From: Heteronotia binoei
Taxonomy: Eukaryota
Direction: 5' to 3'
Length of the DNA: 64,000 nucleotides
Assembly: GCF_032191835.1 (NCBI RefSeq)
Contig: NC_083227.1
Location: 109,120,001 to 109,184,000 of the forward strand
Part shown: positions 24,773 through 36,758 of the stretch, piece by piece
Layout: every line of letters begins with the position of its first letter
Numbering within the stretch: the stretch's first letter is position 1
Made by a program: the position numbers and the translations under genes
Notes under the pieces: generated by a model
What the model was told of the DNA's origin: nothing
Databases searched by the model: none
Seen by the model: the letters and a program-made list of their open reading frames with translations, nothing else

Positions 24773-25045
24773 GGCAGAGAACACAGCTGTGCCTCTGTTC
24801 CTTCATGGAGTTGTAGAAAAGTTGCAGATGAGGCATCATTTGATTTACTGTTTGAACTTGGTTGCATTCAGTATTTGATCATTCACATGCCACAGGTTAT
24901 AAATATGTATTAAGGAAACAAAATAGAGAGCTGTAATGGGGCAAACATAATTCACTTTAACTGGAGAAAGTAGATATACTGCTTAATTCTCTCTAATGAA
25001 ACCCATAATAGCAGAAATGTCATTAAAAATGCACATTGGGCTTAC

Positions 25046-28000
25046 CTGGCTTCCAGGAAGCAATGCATGCTGATATAAGGAGAACCTGTCTTTTGCAGAC
25101 TCCTCAGATGTTGGGCTGATGGGCTTGGGATCAGATAAAGATCTCTGCATGGTTTTGATTGGGCGAGGCAGGGTCTGCTGGCGTTGTGTGGACTCAGCTG
25201 TGAAGTGCTTCTGTGGGGTCACATGGGCTTTGTTGAGCCTTTCACTGGTTGTGAAGGATGACTCTAGCAGCCGATGCGGGGAGAGGGGAGAGACCGGGGA
25301 GTAAAGCACCTGGGGTGATTTGGGAGGCTGGCGAGAAACCAGTTGAGACAAGGAATCTGTAGGCAGGTGGGACTGGTAGCCAATTTCCAGAGGGTCAGGC
25401 TTTTTCTTCACTAGAGCTTGTTGCCGGACTACATGTGGATCCAGGGGACCTGTGCTTACAATCTGAATGTTGGAGGAGTAAGGCGTAATTGTTGTAGGCA
25501 CGGTGAGTTGAGGGACCACAATGCCTGGCTGGGGCTGTGCTTCTGGCTCTGTCTGGCAGGCCAGACTCTCTCCTCTATGGGTCTTCTCAGGGGCAGAGAT
25601 GTACTTCACTATCTCTACCTTGGGATCTGGAGTGGTGATGTGAATGGACGGAGACACTCTGTGGAGCTGGTCAGGTTCAGTTTGCACAGAACAGTCACTG
25701 ATGGTTTGGATTGCTATGCTGGCCATGCCTTTTGTGGAGGAGTCTTGTTTGCTTTCTGCACCAGAGTCCGAATGTCGGGTGAAGCGGGAGCGCCGCCGCC
25801 GCACTGGCTGTTCCCACTCAGCATTATCTTCCTCATCTGTCTGAACACTACAATCAGTGCTACGCCGGGTACGGCGCCTCCGGGATGTATAGAAGCGCTC
25901 CTCACCATCCTCCTCATCAGTCTGTACACTGCTGTCTGTAATTTTCTTGACAACGTACGGCTCATGGCCAGGCTCCTTGTCATATGCATCCCGAAGACGT
26001 GGCATAGAGTTACGCTTCTTAATGCCTCGACTGGCTTCCCACTGGTCTTCAGTCTGCAGTGACATTTCAGAGGCTGAGTTGGTGAGGGGCCTCTGGAGCC
26101 CAACGAAGCGAGGCTGCGCTTGCCCATCTTGCCCTGGAGCTGCAGTAGCCATAAAGGGCTGGCTTAGGGGAGGCCAGTATTGCCCATTTTGAGCCAGAGT
26201 CCTTTGTATTTCTATGGCTATCTCTGGCGCACCCTGGGGAGGGATCCTCCCTGCCTGGTCACATACAGGAGGAAAAGCAGGTTTTTGCCTCTTCTGCTCC
26301 TCTAACTGCTGCTGCAGCTGCTGCTGTAATTGCTGGATCTGCTCCAGTTGCATGCGCTGTTGGGCCAACTGTTCCCGCTGCAGAGCAAACTGGGCCTGGC
26401 GCTCCTCCTGCTGCTGCTGCAGGACCTGGTGCTTTATAGACTGTAGCTCCTGGATCTCCCTGTGCATTAGCATCTGCTCCTTCTCCCTGTGCCTCTGCAG
26501 CTCCACACGTTCCCTCTCCAGCTCTTCATGGAGCCTCAACTGCCTCAGCTTTTCCAGCTCCACTTTCTCCCTCTCAATCTGGAGGATATGCTCCTGTTGC
26601 TTCCTCTGTCTCTCTTCCTCCTTCTCTTTCTCTTCCCTTTCTGTAGCCCCTTTGCTAGGGGCACTGGACTGTGGAACTTCCACTTGCAATTTCTGGATTG
26701 GTATTTGTGGTGGCTGTTGTGGTCCTTGACTGGGGTCCCTGGAAGTAGCTTGCACTCCAGAAGTTGCTGCAGACACCTCCTCTCGAGTGACAGTGCCTGT
26801 TTGTTCGGGCCTTGGCGCACTAACAGCAGTTGGAGCTGAAAGCTTGGAAACTGGTGCTGAACTTACACTAGTGGTTACAGTGCTAGATGAAGTGGTACTA
26901 GCAGGCTTTCCCAAATACATTGGGGTTTCCATCACTGATGTTGCTGGAACTGCTGGGAGTCTGCTGGGCACTGGATAGCGATACAAGCCTTGGGCTGCAA
27001 GGGGGATCCTTGGAGTAACTACAGGCACTCTGGTCAAGCTGGCTAGAGGGACAGGTGTGATACTGCTTGGGGCATAGGGCCTATATAGGCCTCGGAGCAT
27101 AGGTCGTAGCACAGAAACTGGTTGGGTGGTTATGGGAAGCGTTGATGCTATTGGCGTGTTAATGGTTGAATAAATCATGCCATCGGCAGCTCGTACAGTG
27201 GCTGTGGAAGGGAGTACCTGTCTGATGGCTCCAAGCCTGGAGAGATTGTACTGGGCTAGGTTTCCGAACCCAGGGCGAGATTCTGGAAAATTCGGATTGT
27301 ACATCATGTTTGGTTTCATGGCACCCTGCTGTGCTGGGATGCTTCCACTCCCTCCTGGCCCTGCACCAAGAGCACTAGGTCCATACTGGAGAAGATCTGG
27401 GCTGTTGGTGTGCCTGCCCCCATACTGGTCCATAGAGTTGAGTGCTGCACACATTCGGCTGATTTCACGAGCTGTAGTGGCGCTGTAATGAGCCAGGCTG
27501 GCTTCCTGGAAATTTGCCAAGTCTGCTCTTGGTGAATACCTATAATCAGAGTATATGTTAGAGGCTGAGCTATATCTTCGCATTGGGAATGAATGGCTTA
27601 GCAAATCACTGGGTTGTCTGAGGTCAGAGAAGGAGCCATATTGCATTCCATGCCCCATATAGCTTCCCTCTGTAAAGCTGATGCTATATGAATGTTTCAT
27701 GGTTGTTAAATCTACTGCCGAATCTCCAGCAGGGGAGTGGAAGGGCTGCTCTCCTTTAACCGGGTAATAGTTCAAACCCATTTCAGAAAGATTGGTGTCA
27801 GACATGGATGAATACAGCCTCCCAAACAGCCCATGTGGGTAGAATCTGTGTTCGTCATATGGGTTAGTCCCTGGTCCTGTTTGTTCTCTATATGGATATG
27901 TATCAGATGCCTCCTGTTCTCTGCTTCCATAATACTGACCACCAGGTTTGCCAGCATGAGTTGCCTCCCCAGCATTTTTTTCTGGCAGCTTCGAAGAAGG

Positions 28001-31000
28001 ATTGAAAGCTCCAGTGCAGCTGCCTCCAAATGGAAATTTGTAGACCACATCACAACATGCCACTTGGCTTTCAGGCTTCATCCCAGTTAGATCAAGTGCA
28101 TTGGGAGGAGGTTCATCTTTGATTAGTTTTGTTACAGGGCCTGCAGCTATATCATCCATCTGTACCATCATCACTTGGGATTTCTTACTTCCAAGGGGGA
28201 TGGAAGGAGACTGAGTTTTCAGTTCCATTGGCATCCCTCTGTATACTTCTGAGCTTTGATCCTGAGGGAATGGTCTGGGAATGGCACTAGCAATATTCTG
28301 TGCGCTGCTGGTCTGAGTAATCAGAGCATCTTTTTTCATCAAAGGTGTCATTTGATTCGGCAAATTATACCTTGCAAATTTCATTTGCTGTGGGCCCCCG
28401 GCTTCAGGCCAACCTCCCGAAGCTGAAATGCCAGTGCCACTCACAGTTCCTCTGAAGGTGCCAGTCTGAACGGCTTGTTCTACCTGTTTAACATGTGTCA
28501 GACAGACTGCACTCCCTGTGCCTTGACCAAAGTCCATTCTGTTCTGAAACGGATCTCCATAGACTGCAGGTTGCTTTGGCTGAGACACAAGCATGGAAGA
28601 AGCAACAGTGATGCTGACTGTGGTGGCCGTGCTTATAATTGCATGAGGCTGTTCCTGAGCATTGAGGTTGATGATTAAGGGCTGGATGGCTGTGGAGTGC
28701 CGACTTGGTGACTGGTCCATAGTGAGACAATATTTTCTGGATTCAGTAGCTAGGGATGTAAGATCCATGCCTTGGTCTGTTATAATGATTGGAGTTGATT
28801 TTATAGCAGTCCGTAGATCTACAATGTTACTGCCAGGTGGTCTGGGTCCTGGTTCTACTCTAGATGTCCCAGGAATGGATGATATTCTGCACAAAGAAAT
28901 GTTCTCTGCAGGCAGTGTTCCCCAGCTGTACACACCAGAAATGCTCTCAGCAGCAGCAGCAGCAGTGGTTTGCACTTTCTGCATTGCAGCACTAGAAGCA
29001 GAGGCTTTTTCCAGCACTGACTGAGTCTTTGTGTAAGTGGACTGCAGCTGCTCTTGCTGGAGTTGCGCTGCACTGGTTACTGTCTGACTGTAACTATGCA
29101 CTGTTTGCTGACGGCCCTGCCTAGTTGGAGATGAAGCTGGTGAAATGGAGGAGCTTGCACCAATTGGCTTAGTTTGAATGGCTACATCCGATGCTAATGT
29201 AATGACCATAAAGGGGGATTCTTGTGATGACTGTTGCCTAGCGAGGCGAGGCGAGCTAGATCGGTGGGGTGTTTGCGTTCCTTGCGCAACCATTGGAGAA
29301 GACATTGATATAGCAGTAGTAGTGGGAATATCATATGAGATAATTGTGCTATGTGTCTGAGTGGAAAACTCAGCAGTTGATTTAGATCCCACCCCTGTAC
29401 TAGAAGGCATCACAGCTCTTGGAGTGGAGTGAGTGGGACTTTGAGTAGGAGAGGAAGGGGAAAGTGGGGGGCTGGAGCTTTTGAAGAAAGAATACATTTT
29501 AGGTGTTGACATGGATACATTTGTCTTGCTCTCTGTCATGCTTTGGAGTTTCTCTCTTGCTGATGGCCCACTGATCTCTGTAACACTCTTGACTCTGGAG
29601 ATATTCTCTGTTTGAGAGCCATAACTTGCTGTCACTTTTATTTGACTATAATTTCGGCTAGTGGTAGACACAGATGGCACATCTGAGCCACTTAAAGAAG
29701 TTGGAGAGCTGTAGATTCGTGGTGCACTTACAGGACTGGAAACAACAGTGGTGACCGTGCTAGATCCTTTAGCATATGTATAAGGCATTGTTACACTCTT
29801 TGAAATTGAACTAGGTGCAGTAGGGGAGCTATGAAGTTTGGGGGGTTCATGACTTTCTTTTGCAAAATGCTGAGTGACCCTGACATCAGGGATTATTCTT
29901 CCTGCGCTGCTTTCAGTAGATGAAAAGGAGACAGGAGCAGACAGCTGTGTAGGACTTGTCCCAGGAGTAAGTGGGCCACTTTCATAAGCGCTTTCTGCAT
30001 TCAGAAACTGCTTTTCTTGATAATCATCTTCTCTCCCTTTCTTCTTTACTTCCTGTTCCAGAGTCAAATCCAGAGAAGATGACTGATGCATCCTGGAAAT
30101 ATTCTGTGATGTCTGAAGGATTTCTTCATAAACTGCTCCAGATTTGGAAAGTTCATTCTGGTAGTCAGACTGAGAGGAATCCACATTCGGACTATCAAAG
30201 CCGTAGTCATCTATATACTGGTATTCAAAATTATTCTGGCCTTCTGAACTACGATAGCTTACTTGCTGGAATGTGTTGCTGTATGAGACACTCTGTTGGG
30301 ATGGCTGCTGCTTTTGGAACATCTCTGCCTTCCTCATCATCTCTTCATAGGCTTCTTCCGCACTTTTCAGGGGCTTGCTGGAGGGATAACCAGAACTAGC
30401 AGTTTTTTCTGTTGGAGAGTAAAGGGACATAAATGTTGGGAGATTGTACTCACTGCCAGATTTGTACAGCTTGGAGGCAATGACATCAAACCCCTCTGCT
30501 TCTGAGTCGACTGATGGTGAGTATTCTGAACAGGATGACCTGTGCAGCTCCTCCATTTCCGCAGCTTGCCTCAGTTCCTCAGTGGGTGAAGCGTCCTCAA
30601 TGGGAGAGAGATTGCTAGGGGGAGTTTTGGATCTCTCTCTCCTCCTTTGTGCCCTTAGTTCTTCTTTATCTCGTTTAGTTTTGCGTGCCGTACTTCGGAT
30701 GCGTTGCTGTTCCACCTCTCGCATTTTTTCTTGCTCTCTCAACAACTCCTCTTCCTCACGCAACTCCTCTTCCTCTGAAGAATCTTCTATGGTTGGAAGC
30801 AGAGGGCCATGTGAGCGATGCCGGGCTTTCCTCTGTTGCTTAACCTCTTCCAGTCTCTGCCTGCGGCTAGGGCTACTATCGCTGTCCTCCTCTAAGGAAG
30901 AAATAGAGGTGGGAGATGTTCCTGATGTGTAACTGGGTGTTGTGGCTGGCAAGGTAGAGGAATATTCACCCCTTGATCTGTCCTCTGGGGAGCCTGTCAG

Positions 31001-31903
31001 ACTCTCCATCTCCAATTCAGGTTCTCGATCCAGGCTGATGTCTGTCTCCTGGCTAATTTCCATGTCTCTTCCATAGTTGTTAGTGCTGTTTAACTCAATG
31101 GTCTTGAAACGTCGCAAACCTCCCTGAGATGAAGTCATATCATCACCCTCTGTAGTTTCCAGTTCTTTACTTTCCTCCTCATATATACTGCTGGAGCTAT
31201 GAGGCAGACGCCTCTTGGATGATGCAGCCTCCCTGGCTTTTTCAGAGTCAGGTTTATGTCCATTTTTTGCAAGGCTGTATTTTACGCGATCATATTCTTC
31301 CTCCTCCTCCTCCTCGAGGTTATCTTCTTCTGCACTCATCTCCAGGAGCTGTCTCCTCATGAATTCTTCATCAGTCATCTTGGGATCTCTGGCTTTCTGC
31401 CTTGTTGGTAGAGGGGAGAACCCTCCTCCTTCACTGCTGTCCTCCACATAGTCATGGCGCAGCTTGCTGCCAAAGTCATCTGATGACTCCATGCTGTCCC
31501 TCTGTTCTCTCTGGTTCTCCCATTCTAAAGAGTCCTCATCTTCTTCCATGATATCTTCAAGCTCCTCATCAGAATCAAAGGCTTCTGGGGTGATGGAAAG
31601 GGACCGAGGCCTCTGTCTTTGTTCTTCTCGTAATTCATGGTATGTTTTCCCCCTATCGGATGACTCTTGGGTCAAGCCTTTTGACTCCAACAGGGGGCGC
31701 ATGCTGCTTTCCAGCTTTGTGAGTTCAGAAGGGCTTGGAGGGCTCTGCTCCACAATTCCTGTTTCATTCAGCTGCTCCTCTTCTTGCTGCACCAAGCCTG
31801 TGATCTCACTCTGGGAGCTGGAGATACCATCAGATGAGTAGCCAGTGTCACTCAGGCTTTGGGGGCTACGGGACAGGTCTGAGGGATAAGGCTTACTGGA
31901 TTC
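25046..31903 (-). CDS. BSN: Bassoon giant exon 5 (6858 nt, 2286 codons, phase 0/0): CC1, dynein light chain motifs, CtBP-binding region, CC2
   Basis: Acceptor ctcctttacatttgtag|GAATCC at 31903 (ESSKPYPSDLSRSPQSLSDTGYSSDG, in frame with ORF 24983..31795); donor CAG|gtaagc at 25046 after LLPGSQ. Confidence 0.97.
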
Positions 31904-32876
31904 CTACAAATGTAAAGGAGAAAAAAATCCATTAGATTCATGATAGCAATCTACTATAAATAGATTTATAGAGAAGGCTATGGGACGGCAGTGTCCCGGG
32001 AGAAAAATTAAAAAGAAAAATAAGGCCTCATCAACTTACAGGGACCAATTCTTCACTAGCAGTTGCTGTGCCCCCATGCTTCTGCTTTCCCCGACTTAGG
32101 TGATCAATTCCTCACCAGCTGCTGTGTGGGTGCATTTTGATTCACGGCTCCCTCCAATTTCCTCACATTTTTTTGCTTTCCAAAAAACAAGAGCAAGAAA
32201 CCATGAGGGAACTTGGAGGGAGCCACAGATCAAAATGCTCCTGCACAGCAGCTGGTGGGGAATTGATCACTCGTGCCTGGGAAAGTAGAAGCCTGGGGGT
32301 GGAGCAACTGTTAGTGACAAATCAGTATGAAAGTTCTTACTATAGAGCTCCAAATGATCCCAGAGGTACCCTTTGTCACTTCCAGGTAAGGCTAGGAATC
32401 ACCAGGACTCTATGGGGAAAATTTCGTGTAACTAGATGGGACCTTATTTTTCTTTTATTTTTTTTTTCAGAGATGGGCAATGGAATCTTGGGGCAGAGGA
32501 TTCCCTGCCCTGACTGAGGGCTTGGCAGCCCTAACTATAAGCAACCCACCGGCTATAATTAACTTGGGCCTGCTCTAAACATGTAGGAGCTTGAGATGGT
32601 AATGAGATGGCAGACAGCTGAGGTGGCAGAATGGACTGTACTATTTCAGACTCCAGATGGAGGATTCCAAGTCTGAATGTTCATTTAAAAAAACAAACAA
32701 ACCAGTAAACAGGAAACAAGCATTGGTGCAAAAGGCTAGGCTTAGCACACTTCTTGTCTTGATGTGTTAATGTTTTATTTGCATGAAGTTTTTACATGAG
32801 GGAAGCATTAAAATTTGACCCCTCACTGCAGTCTGAAGTGGTTCAGTCTGTTCTGCCACCTCAGAAGTTTCAAGTT

Positions 32877-33100
32877 GGGTTACTAAACTCCACATCAAGC
32901 CTGGAGTTCTCCCAGAATTAGAGCTGATTGCCAGACCACAGAGATCAGTTCCTGAGGAGAAAATGGCAGGTTTGGAGAGTGGACTCTATGGTATCACATT
33001 CCCACTAAGCTCTCTCCCCAGCTTAAACTCTGTCCTCACTGGGTGGGCACCACCCCCAAATCTCCCAGAATTTCTCAAGCCAGAGTTGTCAGATTGACAA
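32877..33100. mobile_element. Degenerate hAT-type MITE of a second TAGGGTTGCCAA family (further fragments at ~38150-38324, 43200-43400, 47662-47900, 59322-59453)
   Basis: Shared core cagagatcagttcc...gagaaaatggc...tttggag.gtggactctatgg...ccccaaatctcc. Confidence 0.65.
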
Positions 33101-34122
33101 CTCATTTGCTGCATGTATGCATCAAGTCTCATGCATTCTAGGTATAAAGCCCCCAAATCATGGTAAACAACTACTAAATGCCAAGAGGTGAAAAATCTCC
33201 CATAATAATTTTAAAACCTACATGGGGATGGCTCCTAACCTCAGGGCATGTAAGATGTAATACAGCAGTTTTCCAAATCTCCATCATACCCTGTTCCTCA
33301 GCACTCTGATGCCAAAGAAAACCAAAAGCATACCTTGGGAATTTTGGGGGTTGATAAACTGGCATCCTTACAAAATGGACATAAGAAAACTGAACATGAT
33401 ACATTTAATTAAAATTAATTAAATATACCACTCTGCCAAGTTCATGTCAGTATGCTGAGAAGGGGCTCGGGCCTGTCCAGACAATCAATTTATAGCCCAA
33501 TAAATGAACAGTTGTTACCCAGTTGCTGCAAATGTCATTACTCCAGGTAGCACTTCTGTTGCAAGGGATATTCCCCCCCCCCCCCAGCACTCAAATGACA
33601 GCATATTGCTGCCAGGAAAATTAGATTCTGAGAAAACTGCTCTAATGATAACTAGTTATTCATAGTGATTTATGCAGTTTCCTTTTAAAAGTTTTGTCTT
33701 ATATACAACTAGTCTTTTTTCCTTTAAAAACTGAATGATGTTGAAACATAGCCCATGTTCACAACCCTGGCATTAATGCTGAATATGCCTCCTGGTGATG
33801 GGTTCTGATTTCAGCAAGCCCCAGGGACAGGCACAACATTTGTAAGATTTAAACAGCTGGCTCTGCAGATTTAGAAGTTCGTTCTTTCTGCCCTCAACCC
33901 AGGGGCTTAAACTACATTGTCTTATTGGCTGGTTCCTTCCTTTTTAAATAAAGCCATCTGGCTTGCCCAAGGCTAAAAGATTAATATGCAATTAAAGGGC
34001 TGAACATTAAAAACAAAGTACCCCTTGTTTGTTTATTGTTGAAAGCTAAAACCATTTAAGGGCCCATCGTAAGCCTCTATCCTATGTAAAATTATAAAGC
34101 CTCAATGGGAACCCACTCAACT

Positions 34123-34166
34123 TGACCTGACGTGTTTCAACCTAAATTGGTCTTCTTCAGAGGTCA
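34123..34166 (-). ncRNA. Minimal type I hammerhead ribozyme motif (sense to BSN pre-mRNA)
   Basis: UGACCU CUGAAGA A GACC AAUUUA GGUU GAAAC AC GUC^AGGUCA: stem I UGACCU/AGGUCA, intact CUGANGA and GAAA cores, GUC cleavage triplet. Confidence 0.7.
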
Positions 34167-34511
34167 GAAAGGTAAGTACATATATTGGCTCATAATACAG
34201 AACAGAATAAAATAACATAACATGCTGGACCACAAATAAATTTATTGTAGTGACAAAGGCTTAGAGATATTCTTGAGGCCTCTTGGCACATAGGCTCTGA
34301 CTTTACTTGATCAATTCTGGACCACGTGGCATACAAAAAAAACCACTGAATGCTATAGGTATGCTCTTGATTAAGACATAAGGCTATAGAACAAGAGGCC
34401 TCAAGAATATCTCTAAGCCTTTGTCACTTCACTAAATTTCCTTGTGGTCCAGCATTGTTCTGTTGTTTTATTCTGTTCTGTATTATGAGCCAATATGTGT
34501 ACTTAACTTTC

Positions 34512-34555
34512 TGACCTCTGAAGAAGACCAATTTAGGTTGAAATGTGTCAGGTCA
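34512..34555 (+). ncRNA. Minimal type I hammerhead ribozyme motif (antisense to BSN)
   Basis: UGACCU CUGAAGA A GACC AAUUUA GGUU GAAAU GU GUC^AGGUCA; stem III weakened by CpG-type decay. Confidence 0.6.
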
Positions 34556-35166
34556 AGTTGAGTGGGTTCCCATTGAGGTTTTATGATTTTACATAGGATA
34601 GAGACTTATGATGGGCCCTTAAATGGTTTTAGCTTTCAACAATAAATACATGTATGTCGATTTATGATTTTTTACACTTTGTTTTTAATGTTCGGCTCTT
34701 TAATTGCACATTAACCTTTTAGGTTTCTTACTCCAGTTTTTGGGTTAAGTTTCTTTCCCTTCTTTGTTTTTCTTTGCCCAAGGCTGAGCAATTCCAAAGT
34801 TGTTTGATCTAGCCTTTTTCATAGCCTGAACAGTAATTAAAGAACAGAACTAAACGTGAGTGCCAACACAGAGTCTCAGAGGCAGTATAATAAATGGTGA
34901 TGATTGTATATCTGAAAGCAATGTAAAAATATGAAAGCAAATGTGAATGTAAACTGTGTATCAATGTTACTATAGAACATGTGTAATATGTAATATTAAG
35001 ATATGTTGCAGCTATGTGCTTTAAAAACTGAGGAGGGGTGTCATTATAATCAAAGCCAAGCAGTTTCTATGCACATGCTGGGAGAAGTGAAAGTAACAGA
35101 ACTGCCAGGTAGATCATCTAAGTGACAGAAGGTGGCTGGTTGCCAGATTGCATCAGCCTGGACAAT

Positions 35167-35223
35167 GTCAGCATGACTCAGCAGCAAGCTGATTGGTTAC
35201 CTGGGTGGATGGTGTGTATAAAT
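35167..35223 (+). promoter_or_regulatory. ARE/AP-1 + CCAAT + TATA motif cluster
   Basis: GTCAGC-ATGACTCAGCA (35167-35183), CTGATTGGTT (35189-35198), TATAAAT (35217-35223). Confidence 0.35.
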
Positions 35224-35437
35224 GTACAAAGACACTTTACTGTGTGTGGGATATATATGATGGAGTTGCAGCGGAGCATTCTGTCGGAGAGTGGAGGTGT
35301 AAATAAATTGTCTATAGTGGTTTTATCACTGCTCTGTGCAAGCCTTCATTCTTTGCGTCACTAAAGACCACCCTCACTAAGCACAGGCGCATCAACAGTT
35401 TCACATGTTACAACAGAAGCTGAACTCCTTTTGTCTA

Positions 35438-36093
35438 TAGCAGCAAAATAGAGCAAGAGTCCAGTAGCATCTTAAAGACTACAAAATTCATGGTAGGGCT
35501 GCCAAGTTCCCACCAGGGGCGGGGGATCCCCTGGTTTGGTGGGCGCCAACCCACTGGCAGGTAGGAGACTGCCAGGCGATCCCTGCCCTCCAAAGAGTCC
35601 TGTCACTGTGCAGCATCTGCGGCACCCAGAAATGATGTATCATGCCAGGCATGTCATGTGGGGACACTCTAGGAATTTGTGGAAAACTCTACGTTTTTGC
35701 ATGAGTATGCTCTAGCAATTTGGGGGAAAATTCTATGGTACCATAGAATCCTCCCAAATTGCTAGAATATTCCCATGTGAAACCATAGTATTTCCCACAA
35801 ATTACTAGAGCCTCCCTGCGTGACATTCCCCACACAATACGTCACCTCTTGGGTGATGTCATTGTGCCCCGCACGCTGTGTGCACACACACAAAAAGTTC
35901 CCCACTGGCAGGCGTGGGGTACTTGGCAACCCTAGGTATGAGCTTTTGTGAATCACTGCTCACTTCTTCAGATACTTCAGAGGAGTGATTCACAAAAGCT
36001 CATACTCTGCCACAAATTTTGTTAGACTTTAAGGGGCTATTGGACTCTTGCTTTTTTCTGCTGCTAAAGACAGACTAACAAGGATACCCATTT
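35438..36093. mobile_element. Penelope-like inverted terminal repeat remnant interrupted by a hAT MITE
   Basis: tagcagcaaaatagagcaagagtccagtagc ... gctattggactcttgcttttttctgctgcta; degenerate hammerhead at 35937-35974. Confidence 0.7.
35494..35934. mobile_element. hAT-type MITE nested in the Penelope remnant
   Basis: TIRs tagggctgccaag / cttggcaacccta; no recognisable TSD. Confidence 0.75.
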
Positions 36094-36522
36094 AATCTCT
36101 CTTGTTTATTTTTGCCTCTGTAGAATACACTGTAAAATGTGCCTGGTGTTTTTAGATGTGAGCCTCCTCTCCACTTGCTATAGCGTAATAGCGGTTATCA
36201 GACACAATGGACAAACAGGAAGTTCTCATTTCTACAATGTGGAGAGGACTCTATCTGTCCATAGGAAGAGGAACATGTGTCCCCCAGACTCACAATTTAA
36301 AATATTGCCAATTAAAATGGCTGTTTAATTATATTTAGAGGTTCAACCAAAAAGTGCATTATGAATAACAATTGTGATGCATTCTTCATATCAATGCCAA
36401 ATTCAGGATTTCACAAGCATGCCTGTGCTGTAGAATAATGCATTTTAACAATCTGTTTCAATGCTTTTGAACAATTCTTAAAATAATTATAAACATAATC
36501 TTATCTGGGATAAGATCTGGGA

Positions 36523-36758
36523 TCTTATCTGGGAGAACCAGGTTTGATTCCCCACTCCTCCACTTACAGCTGCTGGAATGGTCTTGGGTCAGCCATAGCT
36601 ATCGCATAAGTTGTCTTTGAAAGGGCAGCTGCTGTGAGAGCCCTCTCAGCCCCACCCACCTCACAGGGTGTCTGTTGTGGGAGGAGAAGATATAGGAAAT
36701 AGTAAGCCACTCTGAGTCTCTGATTCAGAGAGAAGGGTGGGGTATAAATCTGCATTCT
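36523..36758 (+). mobile_element. 5'-truncated tRNA-derived squamate SINE (Squam3-like)
   Basis: cttatctgggagaaccaggtttgattccccactcctccac...ctcagccccacccacctcacagggtgtctgttgtg; same family at 55379 and 56492. Confidence 0.8.

Larger units (their letters stand above)
33975..34773. mobile_element. Penelope-like element remnant: ~310-330-bp inverted pLTR arms around a 106-bp spacer, flanked by a 12-bp direct repeat
   Basis: Arms 33973-34285 and 34392-34722 are reverse complements (~90% by eye); TTGCCCAAGGCT at 33963-33974 and 34774-34785; each arm carries a hammerhead motif. Confidence 0.8.

Noticed and set aside
24983-31903. Many overlapping ORFs on either strand within BSN exons 5-7 (e.g. 25418..26062, 26214..26729, 30444..30932, 6280..6675)
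   Set aside because: Shadow frames of a long, codon-biased, repeat-rich coding exon.
35486-35942. TSD for the hAT MITE at 35494-35934
   Set aside because: Flanks attcatgg and ggtatgag do not match. A slippage explanation via shared TAGG is possible but unsupported.
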